A stretch of DNA of 64,000 nt from Planctomycetota bacterium (GTDB lineage: Bacteria > Planctomycetota > JAJSAM01 > JAJVHW01): contig CBDFJG010000003.1 in NCBI GenBank assembly GCA_965248445.1, positions 384,001-448,000 of the forward strand. The letters run 5' to 3'. Shown one piece after another: positions 1 through 9,682 of the stretch (position 1 is its first letter; every line of letters starts with the position of its first letter). The notes beneath the pieces were generated by a model. That model was not told where the DNA came from, did not search any database, and saw only the letters and a list, made by a program, of their open reading frames with translations. The translations under genes were made by a program, and so were the position numbers.

Positions 1-1134
1 ATGCTGGCGCGCGAGACGCTGCAGCGGGCCCCGGGTTCGATCGAGGCGCTGCGCACGGCAGGCGTGGCCGCGGACGACATGGGCGATGGCGACACAGCCG
101 TCGAGTACCTCGGTCGCGCCGTGGACAAGGCCCCTGACAGTGCCGAGGTCATCTACGAGTTCGGCCGGGCCCTGGCGAACGCTGATCGGGGCAGCCAGTC
201 CGTGGCGTTCCTCGCGCAGGCGACCAACGTGACGGCGGGCCCGGCGCGCCGCGACGGAAACTGCCTGATCCTCTACGCGTACGCGCTCTACAAGAACCGC
301 TCGGGACTCGACTCGGTGCTCGACGCGATCCAGCGCGCTAACCGCGCGGCGCAGTCGCCCGCCTCCGGGGCGTACCTGAAGGAGATGCGCACGAAGATCG
401 CCGACTGGGATGCGACGCGCATCTGGACGGACAACTTCAACCGACAGGCCGACGAGAAGCTCTACAACGGCTGGATCGAGGACGACGACCGTCTCGGCCC
501 CGCGATCCGGGGCGACGGCACCTCTGCGATCTTCCGCGGCACCATGCGTGCGGTCGCCGATCCGCGCCAGGGTACGTCGATGTCCCGGCCGGGCGACCTG
601 AAGGGGTTCATGGAGGCGGAAGTCTCGTTCCGGCGCGGCTCCGACACCGAGGTCGTGATCGGTATCTCGATCGGTGCGCTGTCACCGCCTCCGGGCACCG
701 AAGACCCCGGCAAGCGCCGCGGTGGCCGCAACGTGGGGCACGAACTCGCTCTCGCCGTGGACCGGGACTCCAAGGTCTGGATCTGGGCGACCACGAAGAC
801 AGGCCGGGGCTCGACCGTCGGTCTCAAGCGCTTTGCGGTCCTAGGTGCCGACGGCGACCAGGTGACGTACCCCGAGGGGACCGACTGGCACACGTGCCGG
901 TTCGCCCGCACGGGTCCGTCGGACAAGGCGGGATTCGAAGTGTCCTTCGACGGCGGGCTCGTGAGCGCGAAGTTGGAGGACGAGGGCGCGGAGCCCGTGA
1001 GCGCGTTCGAAATCAGCGGTCTGGCGGCCAAGAGCGGGCGGGAGTACACCCTGTCCGTAATCGTTGACGCCGACCGTGGCACGGATGTTGATGTACGAAT
1101 CGACGACGTCACTCTCACGCGGAAGATCAACTGA
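1..1134 (+). CDS. TPR-repeat protein with C-terminal beta-rich domain (possibly 5'-truncated by the window edge)
   Basis: N-terminal helical repeats with TPR-like pattern (AVEYLGRAVDKAPDSAEVIYEFGRAL) are followed by an alternating beta-strand region beginning WTDNFNR. It lies directly upstream of the pilin genes. Confidence 0.6.
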   Translation: MLARETLQRAPGSIEALRTAGVAADDMGDGDTAVEYLGRAVDKAPDSAEVIYEFGRALANADRGSQSVAFLAQATNVTAGPARRDGNCLILYAYALYKNRSGLDSVLDAIQRANRAAQSPASGAYLKEMRTKIADWDATRIWTDNFNRQADEKLYNGWIEDDDRLGPAIRGDGTSAIFRGTMRAVADPRQGTSMSRPGDLKGFMEAEVSFRRGSDTEVVIGISIGALSPPPGTEDPGKRRGGRNVGHELALAVDRDSKVWIWATTKTGRGSTVGLKRFAVLGADGDQVTYPEGTDWHTCRFARTGPSDKAGFEVSFDGGLVSAKLEDEGAEPVSAFEISGLAAKSGREYTLSVIVDADRGTDVDVRIDDVTLTRKIN

Positions 1135-1168
1135 TCCCGCGGGGTCGGTGAGGACGAAGGAGACGCAG

Positions 1169-1870
1169 ATGCAGAGGCCGACAACCCAAGGACCGACAAT
1201 CCAGGGAGCTGGGCGGCGTGCTCAGGCCGAAGCCGGTGGTTTCTCCATGATCGAGCTGCTGGTCGTCATCACGATCCTCGCGGCGCTGGCCGCCGCCGGC
1301 ACCATCTGGTTCGGCATGGCGGAGAGGGCGAAGCTCAAGGCGATCACGACCTCGCGGCTGACTGCGATCGCCACCGGGCTCGAGTCTCTCAAGCTCGCCA
1401 CGGGCGCCTACCCGTCGACGGACAACGAGAGTCTGCGCGGTCCGAACCGCGAGAAGATCGGTGCGGCGATCGGCACGCCGAACGAGAGCAATCAGGGGAT
1501 CGAGACGGTCTACGTCGCGTTCCACATGACCGGCGTCTCCATCAGCACGGACGACCTCGGCGACTCGGCGATCGCGAACCTCGACGAGGACGGAGCCATC
1601 GAAACGACGGGCACGTCGCTCACGAGCAACGAGTTGTTCGAGTACGTGGATGCCTGGGGCAACCCGTTCGTCTACTTCAACGGCAAGGACTACAAGGACG
1701 TCAGCAAGGTCTCCGCGTACGTGAACTACAAGCTCGAGGACGTCACCGCCGCCCCCATGGCGAGCGAGAAGACCGGCGCGTTCCTGCGTGCCGCGTCGTT
1801 CCAGCTGTTCAGCATGGGCTCGGACGGACAGCCGAACACCGAAGACGACATTGCCTGGGGAACGAAGTAG
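1169..1870 (+). CDS. GspG-like major pseudopilin (prepilin N-terminal cleavage/methylation domain)
   Basis: Prepilin motif G|FSMIELLVVITILAALAA. GspG-like C-terminal motifs DAWGNPFVY and FQLFSMGSDGQPNTEDDI. Start set at ATG 1169 after AAGGAG. Confidence 0.85.
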   Translation: MQRPTTQGPTIQGAGRRAQAEAGGFSMIELLVVITILAALAAAGTIWFGMAERAKLKAITTSRLTAIATGLESLKLATGAYPSTDNESLRGPNREKIGAAIGTPNESNQGIETVYVAFHMTGVSISTDDLGDSAIANLDEDGAIETTGTSLTSNELFEYVDAWGNPFVYFNGKDYKDVSKVSAYVNYKLEDVTAAPMASEKTGAFLRAASFQLFSMGSDGQPNTEDDIAWGTK

Positions 1871-1884
1871 GTAGGAGAGAGCGC

Positions 1885-3015
1885 ATGCGGACACCAGCGC
1901 ACTGTTCTCGAGCGGGACTTCGGTCGGCCGCCGGCTACACGCTCATGGAGCTCATGCTCGTGCTCACCCTGATGGGCGTGCTCATGGGATTCGGCATCGG
2001 CGCATTCGTGTCACTCGGCAAGCGCACCGCGTACGAGCAGACTCTCGCGAGTACCACCGGCCTGGTGAACAAGGTCAAGAATGCGTCCTCGCGGTTCCCA
2101 GCCGCACTCGTCACCGATCCCGCCGAGCGCCGCATCTACGGGCGCACAGAGCAGATCCTGCAGGAGCTGCACTTCGAGCCCAGGAGGGGTGACGGCGAGG
2201 CGCTGGATGACTTCGCCAAGGGCATCGGCGGTCTGGACGTCGATGTCATCGGCGGCGACCTGCTCCCGGAGGGCGGGCGAGTCGGCGGCGGACTGAAGGT
2301 GACGGGCGGCGGCGTCGACTGCGGGAACTACGCGGCCTACGACGTCGAGGACGGCATCTCGATCGAACTCTGGATCCAGCCGGAGACCGTCGGGATGGCG
2401 CAGCTGGTCGAGAAGGGTGACGCGTTCAACGTGGCGATCCTGCCCAGCAGTAGCGGCCCCGGCCGCATTCGTGTTCGCATGAGCGTGCGCGACATGGGCG
2501 ACCGCGAGGAGATCAGTCACGAGGCAGAGATCCCGCGGGTGCGCGCCGGCAAGTGGATGGGGATCATCGTCGGGTACGACCGGAGCGAGATCACCGTGCG
2601 CACGGACGACGGTTTCGGCCCCGTGCTCCGCGGCTCCTTCCCCGAGACGCGGCCTCTCTACACCGACCCGGACGCGTCGCTGCGCGTCGCGACGGACTTC
2701 GTGGGCGTCATCGACGACTTCCGTTTCGGCGGCGTGCGCGTCGAGGACCCGGTCCTGTTGCCCGCAGGCGTCTACCTGGCGGGGAACGCGACCACGCTGC
2801 ACTTCTCGTCGGGCAAGCTCGACCCGCGGAAGCACCCGGGCGTCGTAAGGATCTTCCTCGGATCAAAGGAAGAGAAGGCCGTGATCGAGATCGGACAGAA
2901 CGGGACCGTGCAGCGGGTCGCCCGTCCCAAGGAAGGCGAGTGGCCGACCGACGACGGGAGCACGCTCCAGCCGCCGGGGACGGACGTCGAGACGACCCCC
3001 GAAAAGGACGAGTAG
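1885..3015 (+). CDS. GspH/FimT-like minor pseudopilin with inserted LamG-like (ConA-type) domain
   Basis: G|YTLMELMLVLTLMGVLMG. LamG-like strands ISIELWIQP, WMGIIVGYD and FVGVIDDFRF. C-terminus TLHFSSG...VIEIGQNGTV resembles the GspH end. RBS AGGAG. Confidence 0.7.
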   Translation: MRTPAHCSRAGLRSAAGYTLMELMLVLTLMGVLMGFGIGAFVSLGKRTAYEQTLASTTGLVNKVKNASSRFPAALVTDPAERRIYGRTEQILQELHFEPRRGDGEALDDFAKGIGGLDVDVIGGDLLPEGGRVGGGLKVTGGGVDCGNYAAYDVEDGISIELWIQPETVGMAQLVEKGDAFNVAILPSSSGPGRIRVRMSVRDMGDREEISHEAEIPRVRAGKWMGIIVGYDRSEITVRTDDGFGPVLRGSFPETRPLYTDPDASLRVATDFVGVIDDFRFGGVRVEDPVLLPAGVYLAGNATTLHFSSGKLDPRKHPGVVRIFLGSKEEKAVIEIGQNGTVQRVARPKEGEWPTDDGSTLQPPGTDVETTPEKDE

Positions 3016-3155
3016 GGGCGAGTAGGACGAGGGGCCACTCCCGCCGTGGTTCGGAACGGAAGTTGAGACTCTCTCCCCGGGATCGCAGTGGCAGGCCGCT
3101 GCAGCAAGAAGAAGCGCCCTCGCCAGCCAGGAGAGCGGGGGACCGGAGGTGTCAG

Positions 3156-6100
3156 GTGATCACAAAGTTGCCAATCGCTGATAACCAGATGACCAGTCCA
3201 GGGGCCGGCTCAGGGGCCGATTCAGGGGGTCGGAGGGCCGTCGATCGGGCGTCCCACGAGCGGGAGCGCGGCATCGCGCTGGTGTCCGTCGTGGCGGTCC
3301 TGGTGCTGCTCGCCATCGTCTCCACCCCGTTCCTCGTGAGCATGCGTGACAGCGCGGCCCGCGGTCAGAAGTTCCTCTACTCCGCCCGCGCCGACTGGGA
3401 GGCCGAGAGCCTCTTCGAACGGGTCCGCTCGCATCTGACGCTGTCTCTCGAACACATCGAGCGGCGCAAGCTCGATGACTCCAGCGCCGGCGCCGTGGAC
3501 AGCGGGCGTCCGCCCGACGACGCGACGCCCACCAGCGACACGACCGCCGAGATCACACTGCCGCGCGCGATCCTGGATGAGTTCAACATCGACTCCGCGC
3601 GCGAACAGCGCGTGTGGGACGTCGAGATCGTCGACCTGCAGGGCCGCCTGAACGCGAACAACTGCTCGTACCCGGTTCTGGCCAACATCCTCGGCCGCAC
3701 CGAGCTGGGCGATCAGCTCTCCTCCGATGACAACCGAGTGCCTCTGGTGGACGGCAGCATGTTCCCCGCCGATGGCGGGGTCGTGCGCATCGGCACCGAG
3801 GCGATCAAGTACGAACAGCGCCTCGGCAACGAACTGTCCGGCTGCGAACGCGGCTACCGAGGCGACGTGGCCGGCAACAGCGCCGCCGGTGACTGGGACC
3901 AGGGCGACGTCGTCATCCTCGAGGCCGCGTACCAGATCGCGACGCGTCCGTTCCGCGCGCGGCCGGGCGCGTACGTCCGCTACACCAACATCTACCAGTT
4001 GCGGAGCATCGCCGACCAGGGCGTCGCCGCACTATCGCCCGAGCAGTTCGACTCCCTGCGTCCGTTCGTCACCACGTGGAACGGCAACATCGTCGGAGAC
4101 GGGTGGTCGAACCCGCAAGTCGTCCGCAACGCGATCACCGCCGCCGACTCGTCGCAGCGCTACGCCGACCTCAAGAACAACCGCTACTTCGGTGAGGGCA
4201 CGATCTTCCGTATCACCGACGGCGTGAACGACGACTACGGCGTCATCACGAAGGTGCGCGGCGACAGTCAGGTGCTCCTGGGCGGGAACATCGAGAACGA
4301 CTACTCGGCGGACCAGTCGCGCATGTACTCGCTCGCCCGCTCGCCGGTCAACGTGAACGTGGCCGACGAAGACCTGCTGGCGATCGTGTTCAGCGGGCTG
4401 AAGATGCGCGGCCGCGGCACGGCCATCCCACCCGAGAAGGCGCGGCGCATCGCCAAGCACCTGAAGGAGTGGGTCGTCTCCGACGAGGACGCGCCCGGCG
4501 TGTACCGGAACTGGGAAGACTTCACGAATGCGCTCGAGGCCGCCCGCGACGAGATGGGCATCATCAGCGGTGATGAATTCGAGGCTCTGCTCCGGAACGC
4601 GATGAACGCGAACGACTCGGGCCTCTCGTTCTCCACGGTGCCCTTCGTGTTCCGCTCGTTCGACCTCTATCAGGTCGACGCAACGGCGGCGATCATGGAC
4701 TCGACGGGCCGCGAGCTCGCCCGCCGCGAACTGTCCCGCGTGTTCCACGCTTCGAGCACCCGCTCGGGCACGTTCGTCGTGGAGACGCAGGACGACTTCC
4801 AGCGCCACATCATGAAGTCGCGCGACTCCAAGTGGTTCGCCACGTTCCCCGACAACATCAACGCGTACTACGACTCCCGGAACATCCCCGCGTCCGAGTA
4901 CGAAGCGTTCGCGACCAAGTCGCGCTTCCCGTCGACCAAGCGCTCGGACGCGGACGGGGACGTGCGGCTCCTGCCGGCGGCCTATCGCTTCTCGCCGCAG
5001 GGCACGGCGCAGGGCACGACGGAACGCGTGCACCACTTCGACGAATCGGATCTGCCGGACGGTCTGGATCTCGCGAAGGACGAACTCACATTCACGGTCG
5101 ACGGTCCGTACAGCGTCGAGGACCGCCAGGCCGACATCGTCGACCTCCAGGACATCCCGGGTGTCGGCTCGGGCATCGAGATGGGTCTGAAGGAATTCGC
5201 CTACTCGATGTGGTACCGGCCGGCGTGGAGCCGCAGCGGCAGCGACGAAGTACTGTTCGACTACGGCGCCGAGGGCGACGACTTCAACCGCGTGAGCCTG
5301 CGTTACGACGGCGAGCGCGATGTGCTGCTGCTGGCGGTCGCCGATGCGACCCGCGAGGGGCGCTCGTGCGAGATCTTCTACGAGTTCGACCACACGACGT
5401 GGGACGCCGACCAGTGGTACCACATCGGCGTCAACGTGGCCGGCTGCCACCCCTCGCTCATCGAGCTGTTCATCGACGGTGAGAAGCAGGGCCGCGCGTC
5501 GGGCATCACGCGTCTGACGTCGAACATCGCGCCGACCGGTGCGGTACTCGAGCTCAGCGTCGAGGATGCGTCATCGTTCCCGGACTACGGCGTGGTCATG
5601 ATCCGCGCGGAAGAGGGGATGGAGCTCTTCGAGTACTCCTCGCGCACCGAAGGCTCGTTCATCCTCTCGAAGCGCAAGGCGCGCAACATCGACGTCGTGG
5701 ACGAAGCAGACGAACCGCGCACGCACGTCAGCGGCGCCGTCGTCGAGCTGTACGGGTTCGCCGGGTCGCTGCTGAGCGACATCAAGCGCGGCGGTTCGAC
5801 CACGGACTCGACGTTCGGACCGTTCCGCATCTATCGGTTCCACTACTACGGGCAAGACGTGATGATCGACGACGGGACGATCATCTGCCATGGTCTCGCG
5901 GCGACGACTCAGCACGTGCTCCCGATTGCGGATATCACGCTGACGGAGTGGGATACGGGGTCCGCCGACCAGGACATCTTGGACGATCTCGGACCCACCG
6001 GAACCGAGGGCCTGGCGCTCATCGTCTCCAGGTCGCCGGTGAGGATCATTCCGACCGGCGGCACCACGATCATCATCGGGAACGGCGGCAGCCTGGCCGT

Positions 6101-8375
6101 GGGTTCGGGTGACCTCCAGTCCGGGACGTTCACCGGGAGCGAGCTCGTTGCATACCGAGTGACCGACCCCGGCACGGTCGAGATCACGCAACGAAACCTG
6201 GATTCTCAGCACGTTCAGTTCGAACCGAACGGCCAGGACGCCAACCCACGCTTCATCCCCGGCTACTCGTGGGCAGACGATCAGGCGAGCTCTGCCCCGG
6301 AGAACATGCTTCTCAACACCACGACGGACTTCGGGGTCAAGACAGCGTTCATCCCGGTCGCATTGATCGCACAGGGCACTGGTGAGTACCTCAACCCGCT
6401 GGACGAGGAACCACAGCTTGGTGGATTCGCGTACGCCCAGGTCGACGGCGAGTGGATCAAGTACGACACGTACGACGACCAGATCCTGCCGGGCAAGATC
6501 GCGTTCTACCGCGACATGCGCTGGGACGACATCAGCGCGCGTCTGGGCTCAGCGACTCTCTCGACGGCGCAGGCCACGGCACAGGCGAGCACCGGGGCCG
6601 CAGGGGGCTCGGGTGGCAACTCGAACGGGGCGACCGAGCCGCCGCGGGCCACGGACCTCAATGACGAGAACAACCTGCCACCAGAGCCTCAGGCCGGCAC
6701 GGCGCCCAATGGCACCGGCGTGAACGGCGCCGCCAAGGACTGGAGGATCCCGGAGGAAACCGCGTTCGAGCTCGCACAGGATGCCGACTTCCGTGGCATG
6801 CTGCTCCCGAACCAGCAGAACGAACTGCGCATCGCCAACACCATTCCTGCCGAGCACGCAGCCGGGGTCGAGATCCTCCCGTGCTTCTTCGTGGTGGCAG
6901 GCAACGATCTCGCGACGGGCGACATCCGCCGCGGCGCGAACCCCGGCTTCGACGATCTGATCACGCTGCGCGACGCCAACTTGAACGACGAGCACGTTCG
7001 GGTGCAGTGGGGCTACCGCGGCTGGGCCGGCCTGACACAGATCACGACGCAGACGTGGAACTGGGACCGGCCGCAGCAGGTCCGACATCTGCGCAGCTTC
7101 GACTCGCGCATGTGGACACGTGCGCTCAAGTTCCCGTCCCGCGAGCTTCCGGATGCCGGACTCACGACCGGCGAGGAGTTGATGCGCGTCGGCGCCCCCT
7201 ACAACAACCCCGGCGTGACGAGTGCCGCGGTCGTCGACGAGGCGTGGTTCGCCGGATTCGACACCATCGATCCAGGGCGCGCGAAGTACGCGTTCCTCGG
7301 CGAGGTGCCGCCCGAGCTGTTCCCCACGTTCACGGCGCCCGCGAGCGGCACGGCGCCCGATCCGCGATTCAACGCGATCGACGACCAGGTCGACGAGTTC
7401 GCGGTGAACTTCCCGTACTTCGACGAGGTGCAGCTCGCGACGATCGTCAACGGGCTGCCCATCGACGAGAACCTCTACGACGACGACGGCGGTGTGATCC
7501 GCATCGACGACGAGTTGATCATCTACTCGGAGTTCGATCCGAACAACGGCCTCTTCTCGGGCTGCGTCCGCGGCTCCTTCGGCACCGAAGCGCTGCCACA
7601 CGGCTTCGGCGCGATCGTGGGGCCCGTCCGGACGTTCGCAACGTCCGCTCTGGTCAGCGATGCCGACGAGTCGTCGGCAGCGTTCGACCTGGTGGATGCA
7701 ACCGACTTCCCCGACGACGGGTACATCCGAATCGGAGACAGCCTCGAACTCATCGGCTACACGGAGCGCGGGGCGAACACGCTCTCTGGGCCGCTCGGGC
7801 GCATCGATCCGACCACCGAGCGCGCGCCCGGCGACGCCGACGCACGCGTCGGCGGCGGCCTGTTCCGGGGACGCTTCGGCACCGGTGACGGTGTGCGCGG
7901 ATACTCCTCGGGCGAGGTTGTGGTCGCGATGCCGTTCCGGCACTACGACCGCTACGCGGAGTACAGTGACGACGCCGAGCTGTCCTACACGCAGCTCACG
8001 TGGACCAAGCCCGGCGCGGTGTGGAAGCGCATCACCTGGGACGAGGACCCGCGGCAGAACGTCGAGATCATCGCACTGGTCCGCTTTGCCGGCGGACCGC
8101 CGTGGGATTCCGCCGACGTGATTCTCGTGGGCCAGGGCGCCATGCCGTCGACCGACCGCAGGAAGCACCTCTACGAGATCGCGGACCCGAAGGCCGAGAA
8201 CCTCCTGAACGTGGAATCCGACCGGTGCGAAGTGCGACTCCTGATCCGGTTCGTGACGGGCGCGTACGACCGCTTTGCGGACGTCGCTCCGGACAACTGG
8301 AAGGAGACGCCGCGCATCCAGAAGGTCGTCGTCGAATACGTTGCGCCGCCGCAGGTGCTGTATGAGGACAACTGA
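3156..8375 (+). CDS. Giant (1739 aa) GspK/PilX-like minor pseudopilin with LamG-like and repeated accessory modules
   Basis: ERG|IALVSVVAVLVLLAIV lacks Glu5, as GspK/PilX do. GspK-like motifs DLQGRLNAN, LRPFVTTW and PVNVNVADEDLL. Start reassigned to GTG 3156 after GGAGGT, because the ORF-track extension overlaps the previous gene. Confidence 0.75.
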   Translation: MITKLPIADNQMTSPGAGSGADSGGRRAVDRASHERERGIALVSVVAVLVLLAIVSTPFLVSMRDSAARGQKFLYSARADWEAESLFERVRSHLTLSLEHIERRKLDDSSAGAVDSGRPPDDATPTSDTTAEITLPRAILDEFNIDSAREQRVWDVEIVDLQGRLNANNCSYPVLANILGRTELGDQLSSDDNRVPLVDGSMFPADGGVVRIGTEAIKYEQRLGNELSGCERGYRGDVAGNSAAGDWDQGDVVILEAAYQIATRPFRARPGAYVRYTNIYQLRSIADQGVAALSPEQFDSLRPFVTTWNGNIVGDGWSNPQVVRNAITAADSSQRYADLKNNRYFGEGTIFRITDGVNDDYGVITKVRGDSQVLLGGNIENDYSADQSRMYSLARSPVNVNVADEDLLAIVFSGLKMRGRGTAIPPEKARRIAKHLKEWVVSDEDAPGVYRNWEDFTNALEAARDEMGIISGDEFEALLRNAMNANDSGLSFSTVPFVFRSFDLYQVDATAAIMDSTGRELARRELSRVFHASSTRSGTFVVETQDDFQRHIMKSRDSKWFATFPDNINAYYDSRNIPASEYEAFATKSRFPSTKRSDADGDVRLLPAAYRFSPQGTAQGTTERVHHFDESDLPDGLDLAKDELTFTVDGPYSVEDRQADIVDLQDIPGVGSGIEMGLKEFAYSMWYRPAWSRSGSDEVLFDYGAEGDDFNRVSLRYDGERDVLLLAVADATREGRSCEIFYEFDHTTWDADQWYHIGVNVAGCHPSLIELFIDGEKQGRASGITRLTSNIAPTGAVLELSVEDASSFPDYGVVMIRAEEGMELFEYSSRTEGSFILSKRKARNIDVVDEADEPRTHVSGAVVELYGFAGSLLSDIKRGGSTTDSTFGPFRIYRFHYYGQDVMIDDGTIICHGLAATTQHVLPIADITLTEWDTGSADQDILDDLGPTGTEGLALIVSRSPVRIIPTGGTTIIIGNGGSLAVGSGDLQSGTFTGSELVAYRVTDPGTVEITQRNLDSQHVQFEPNGQDANPRFIPGYSWADDQASSAPENMLLNTTTDFGVKTAFIPVALIAQGTGEYLNPLDEEPQLGGFAYAQVDGEWIKYDTYDDQILPGKIAFYRDMRWDDISARLGSATLSTAQATAQASTGAAGGSGGNSNGATEPPRATDLNDENNLPPEPQAGTAPNGTGVNGAAKDWRIPEETAFELAQDADFRGMLLPNQQNELRIANTIPAEHAAGVEILPCFFVVAGNDLATGDIRRGANPGFDDLITLRDANLNDEHVRVQWGYRGWAGLTQITTQTWNWDRPQQVRHLRSFDSRMWTRALKFPSRELPDAGLTTGEELMRVGAPYNNPGVTSAAVVDEAWFAGFDTIDPGRAKYAFLGEVPPELFPTFTAPASGTAPDPRFNAIDDQVDEFAVNFPYFDEVQLATIVNGLPIDENLYDDDGGVIRIDDELIIYSEFDPNNGLFSGCVRGSFGTEALPHGFGAIVGPVRTFATSALVSDADESSAAFDLVDATDFPDDGYIRIGDSLELIGYTERGANTLSGPLGRIDPTTERAPGDADARVGGGLFRGRFGTGDGVRGYSSGEVVVAMPFRHYDRYAEYSDDAELSYTQLTWTKPGAVWKRITWDEDPRQNVEIIALVRFAGGPPWDSADVILVGQGAMPSTDRRKHLYEIADPKAENLLNVESDRCEVRLLIRFVTGAYDRFADVAPDNWKETPRIQKVVVEYVAPPQVLYEDN

Positions 8376-8376
8376 C

Positions 8377-9633
8377 ATGACCCCAACGACACGACTCCGC
8401 GCCGGACCCCGCCCAAGCGGATTTGGGCGTTCAGCCGGTTACACCCTGATGGAGCTGCTCCTCGCAATGGGGCTGTTCTCCTTCCTCGGTGTCGGCATGG
8501 TGGCGCTGCTCTCTCGCGCCAGCGACTTCCTGACGGTTGGCGCGTCGACGGCGGAGACGCTGGATTCGCTCCAGACGTTCACCGAGGCGTTCGGCGACGA
8601 TATCTCGACGCTCTACACGGCGGCGGACAGCGAGACCGGACGTCCCGACGTGCGGCTCTACTCCGACATGGCCACCTGCAAGCTCTCGGACGACAAGGCG
8701 GAGCGCGCGCGCATCCGGCGCCTCTTCTTCGTCCGCCTCATTCCGCGCGAGGGCACGGCTTCGATGACTCGGCGGGCCGGCACGAGCCTCGAGGCCACCG
8801 GCGTGATGGATCAGAAGAACGACAGAGCCGAGGCGGACGACGGACTGTTGCGCGCCACCGGCGGCCTGATGGAAGTCGTCTGGGCGGCCGTGCCGGAGGA
8901 CCCGCAGGACCTCGCACGCATGCGCCTCTATCGCGGCTACCGCAGTCCGATCGGCGGCGTGGGCTCGCTGCTTCCGACGCGCGTCGAGACGGATCGCGGC
9001 GCAACGGTCGGCGAGCGCGGCCCGCGGGATGCAGCCGAGATCAAGAGCGTCGCCGAGCCGATCCTGTCGGGAGTGTTGCACTTCGACGTCGAGTTCTGGG
9101 CACGCAAGACGAAGACCTGGGCGCACGACACGCCAGCCCGCTCGGGCGGCGCACTGCACACCTGGGACTCGTCGCGCGGCATCCTCGGGGCGCTGCCGAC
9201 CCGTGCCCTGTACGACGGCTTCTACCTGGCGAAGGATGCGTCCTCGATCACCGATCCCACGGACGACACGTTCCCGCGGCGCGTGCGCGTCACGCTGGTC
9301 GTCGAGGAGATCGGCGCGAAGACGTCGGTGGGGTACCTGTCCGGGGACCTCGACGACTCCGCGAAGTTCGTCGAGCTCGAGTCCGCGCAGTTCGTTCCCG
9401 CCACCGACACGGCGACCAGGTACGTGAAGATCGGAGCGGAGTGGATCGAGTTCACGGGCGTCGACGGCACCACGCTGATCGGCTGCCGGCGCGGCGTGCG
9501 GGGGACCGAGGCGCTGCCTCACGACGCCGGATCCACGGTGCACCATGGCCGGACAGTCGTGCGCGAGTACGGCATCTCGACCTTCCGCGACACGTATGCC
9601 GACGAGCTCGGCAGCTCGGTTGGCCGCCGATGA
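8377..9633 (+). CDS. GspJ/PilW-like minor pseudopilin with inserted accessory module
   Basis: G|YTLMELLLAMGLFSFLGVGMV. ILSGVLHFDVEFW and FPRRVRVTLVV resemble GspJ C-terminal strands. ATG 8377 lies 1 bp after the upstream stop, with RBS GAGGA. Confidence 0.7.
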   Translation: MTPTTRLRAGPRPSGFGRSAGYTLMELLLAMGLFSFLGVGMVALLSRASDFLTVGASTAETLDSLQTFTEAFGDDISTLYTAADSETGRPDVRLYSDMATCKLSDDKAERARIRRLFFVRLIPREGTASMTRRAGTSLEATGVMDQKNDRAEADDGLLRATGGLMEVVWAAVPEDPQDLARMRLYRGYRSPIGGVGSLLPTRVETDRGATVGERGPRDAAEIKSVAEPILSGVLHFDVEFWARKTKTWAHDTPARSGGALHTWDSSRGILGALPTRALYDGFYLAKDASSITDPTDDTFPRRVRVTLVVEEIGAKTSVGYLSGDLDDSAKFVELESAQFVPATDTATRYVKIGAEWIEFTGVDGTTLIGCRRGVRGTEALPHDAGSTVHHGRTVVREYGISTFRDTYADELGSSVGRR

Positions 9634-9682
9634 GTCGAGCCGGGGGCGCGTTCTCGGCGCGGGCAGGTAGAATCCCGGAGGG

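Noticed and set aside
2553..3155. N-terminal 201 aa of the 1940-aa ORF
   Set aside because: It overlaps the H-like pilin gene in another frame and is Arg-rich nonsense. The RBS and prepilin motif point to a start at 3156.
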